From Phoronis australis (Eukaryota; Animalia; Phoronida): a stretch of 64,000 nucleotides of DNA. Shown in pieces: positions 62,501-64,000 of this stretch. Each line of letters starts with the position of its first letter. Positions within the stretch are counted from its first letter, which is position 1. Where the stretch lies: NCBI GenBank assembly GCA_002633005.1, contig NMRA01000019.1, positions 235,555-299,554 on the forward strand, given 5' to 3'. Position numbers and translations under genes: made by a program. Below the pieces are notes generated by a model, which saw only the letters and a program-made list of their open reading frames with translations, was not told where the DNA came from and did no database searches.

Positions 62501-64000
62501 AGCCCTGTGATGTGACACTGCCCGACGTTTTAAGATATGTTGTATTTACAAGTGGAGATGATGATCTATTACCCACAATTCCGTTCTTCTCTCGTGTAAC
62601 TCCCTGCAATCTTGTCTTCCAATGCACTGTTGATCAGTACCGTCGGATCTTCTTGATATGCTCATCTTATCAGAGTCTTGAAAGGTATTCTGTGCCTTAA
62701 ATGTTTTGTTTCATTTTGTAGGATACTGTCCTGCTATGTTTTAGAACTTTGCACTCAAATAGTTGCACTCCATGAAACATTCTCTGCTAAAAATATGTAG
62801 CACGGTAAAGATGTGTCTATATCTGGAGTGTGTATAGTGAACCTTAGCAGTTCATTCTTGGTCAAGGCCATACTCTACACAGTAGCTTACCATTCAGGTC
62901 AAGCCAGCGTATTGAGCCTGGTCTTGAACAATAACTGACTGCCAGTATGGATCATAGACAACAGATTCGCAACTCCGATATTTTCTTGCGAAATATGCTA
63001 GAGAAGGCCCCACCCTCTATACACAGCAAACACGCCTTCTGGTTGGTGTATTGTGACGGCAAATACTTGCTTCTATTTTACTGTCCAGTACAACAAAAAA
63101 AAAATTTCGGTATTGAAATGCTGTTCAAAGTCTTCCAATAGTAGAACTCTTGATATAGTGAATACTTTTGGCAATGCTACCAGACCACCAGACGTACTTG
63201 GCGGAAGTGAAATGTGCTATGCATGCCAGGTGTTGCTAGAGAATAGTGATGTCATGGCTTAGGTGCAAGATCACAGATTTCGTCCTTTGAAAATATACCG
63301 AGTTGGCAGTCCATGTACTATATTCTTTGGTGTCAGCTCTTTCCAAGTTGAGCCCAGTTTCATTACTGTGTATAAGGGTTCTCAATCAAAAGTCATTTCT
63401 GACAGAATGTCAGTCCATGGCAGTTTTCAACTCACAGAGGAAGGTTTTGTAAACCTACAGTCGCTGTCCATGAAGCAGTGGCTGCTAAAACATCTTGTAT
63501 CAGTTGTGTTTATATTTGAAGACCGTGTTGTGTCGTGCATTTTTAACAATTCCTTTCGAAATTGCTGTTGGTGACCTGAGTAAAGACCCTGCATGGAGTT
63601 TTAAATGTTTTCATGTTTATATACTCAATGAAATGTTGTTGTATCAGAAGTATCTTCTAATAGGCATTACATTTGTCTGGTAAATAAAGTTGTTGTATTG
63701 TTTCTGTATTTTAGGTATAATGCTCTGTACGCGTCCAGCTGCAGTAAACATAATGAACCCAGCAAGTTTGCGCAGACATGTGGAGCCATGCGAACAACAT
63801 TACCTGCCTCTAGAAATGCTGGTGCTAGAAAGCGTCTTCCAACTTGGATGTTACCTGTTAGTGAAAGACCAGAGCATCAGGAAAATAGTAAAAAAACAAG
63901 AGCCAAAAACCAAGAATCAAGTCGAACGAGCAGTGACAGTGATCTTAAGAGGAAAGAAGAGACTGCAAAACGTTCTAAGACTGGTGCTAAATATGAAGGT
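53418..64000 (+). CDS. Uncharacterised PNKP-like protein: P-loop polynucleotide-kinase-like domain + degenerate HAD domain + Ku-binding-like motif (at least 10 exons, at least 481 aa, 3' partial)
   Basis: Exons 53418-53513, 54328-54459, 55250-55327, 56466-56619, 57554-57630, 59087-59222, 59911-60092, 61514-61615, 62485-62684, 63715-64000+ splice into one uninterrupted frame. Motifs: VVMLCGTTFSGKT (Walker A), KVVIDDDN, FEEPDSGDGF, CLFMEFAALLNEEG, SLYCG, RKRLPTWML. Confidence 0.85.
54328..54459 (+). CDS. PNKP-like exon 2 (GKTAIYRKHF...), GC donor
   Basis: TTTTAG acceptor; ends AAG|GCAAGT. Confidence 0.8.
55250..55327 (+). CDS. PNKP-like exon 3 (NKKVVIDDDNLSRQVREGY)
   Basis: TTCCAG acceptor, GTGAGT donor; aligns to PNKP GKRVAIDNTN...R..Y. 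Confidence 0.85.
55352..55941. mobile_element. Probable MITE in PNKP-like intron 3
   Basis: Terminal inverted repeats GCCCTGTCTACAC / GTGTAGACAGGC. Confidence 0.45.
56466..56619 (+). CDS. PNKP-like exon 4
   Basis: TGTAG acceptor, GTAATT donor; VPHIQIACLKVTP...WWNASF. Confidence 0.78.
57554..57630 (+). CDS. PNKP-like exon 5 (FEEPDSGDGF)
   Basis: CTGTAG acceptor, GTATTT donor; matches the PNK kinase C-terminal FExPxxxEGF motif. Confidence 0.8.
59087..59222 (+). CDS. PNKP-like exon 6 (start of HAD-like domain)
   Basis: TACAG acceptor, GTCAGT donor; FEVPCLFMEFAALLNEEGHLATGIVEALRTW. Confidence 0.82.
59511..59710. repeat. Minisatellite with alternating 32-bp and 25-bp units
   Basis: TCCTCTAAAACATAACTTTAAGTATATTTTGT and TCCTCTAAAACATAGTATACTTTGT arranged ABAB, then degenerate A copies. 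Confidence 0.93.
59911..60092 (+). CDS. PNKP-like exon 7
   Basis: TTTTCAG acceptor, GTGAGT donor; lies within ORF 59895-60122. Confidence 0.85.
61088..61212. repeat. ~49-bp-arm inverted repeat (hairpin or small MITE) in PNKP-like intron 7
   Basis: AGTCTGGTCAGCAC...CTGTTGGCCAC...TAATGAAT pairs with ATTCGTTA...GTGGCCAACAG...GTGCTGACCAGACT. Confidence 0.85.
61514..61615 (+). CDS. PNKP-like exon 8 (GSLYCG)
   Basis: TTTTTTTCAG acceptor, GTAAG donor, 34 codons. Confidence 0.8.
62485..62684 (+). CDS. PNKP-like exon 9
   Basis: TTTCAG acceptor, GTATTC donor; same frame as ORF 62512-62700. Confidence 0.78.
63715..64000 (+). CDS. PNKP-like exon 10 (disordered region with KBM-like motif; runs off the window)
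   Basis: TTTTAG acceptor, phase 2, 95 open codons to the window end. Confidence 0.82.

Noticed and set aside
53418-64000. Assigning the symbol PNKP or APLF to this gene
   Set aside because: No FHA domain, reversed domain order and no DxDGT motif; no PBZ fingers are visible in the window

Overview
AT-rich eukaryotic (animal, probably invertebrate) genomic DNA with spliceosomal introns, so most entries in the ORF track are spurious. Four protein-coding genes were reconstructed by hand from splice signals and reading-frame continuity. (1) A minus-strand PLEKHB/evectin-like gene (PH domain, PPPY motif, YPQQP-rich tail), with 7 coding exons at 869-8246 and its 3' end not found in the window. (2) PRADC1 on the plus strand, 5 exons at 10927-15099, arranged head-to-head with gene 1. 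(3) A single-exon LRR-Ig-transmembrane receptor gene at 26545-28104 (minus). (4) A plus-strand gene of at least 10 exons from 53418 to beyond 64000, mostly missed by the ORF track. Gene 4 encodes a PNKP-like P-loop kinase domain, a degenerate HAD pseudo-phosphatase and an APLF-like Ku-binding motif (RKRLPTWML), and is a candidate undescribed NHEJ accessory factor. The most notable mobile element is a complete 538-bp TRIM whose 152-bp LTRs each carry a tRNA-like Pol III promoter, with a tRNA-Ser PBS, a PPT and a 4-bp TSD. Also present are a 929-bp Mutator-like foldback element with a 9-bp TSD, a Harbinger-like MITE family, SINE and LINE relics, minisatellites, a ~25-kb gene-poor interval and a 55-N assembly gap. 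All family calls rest on motifs recognised by eye; no database searches were run.
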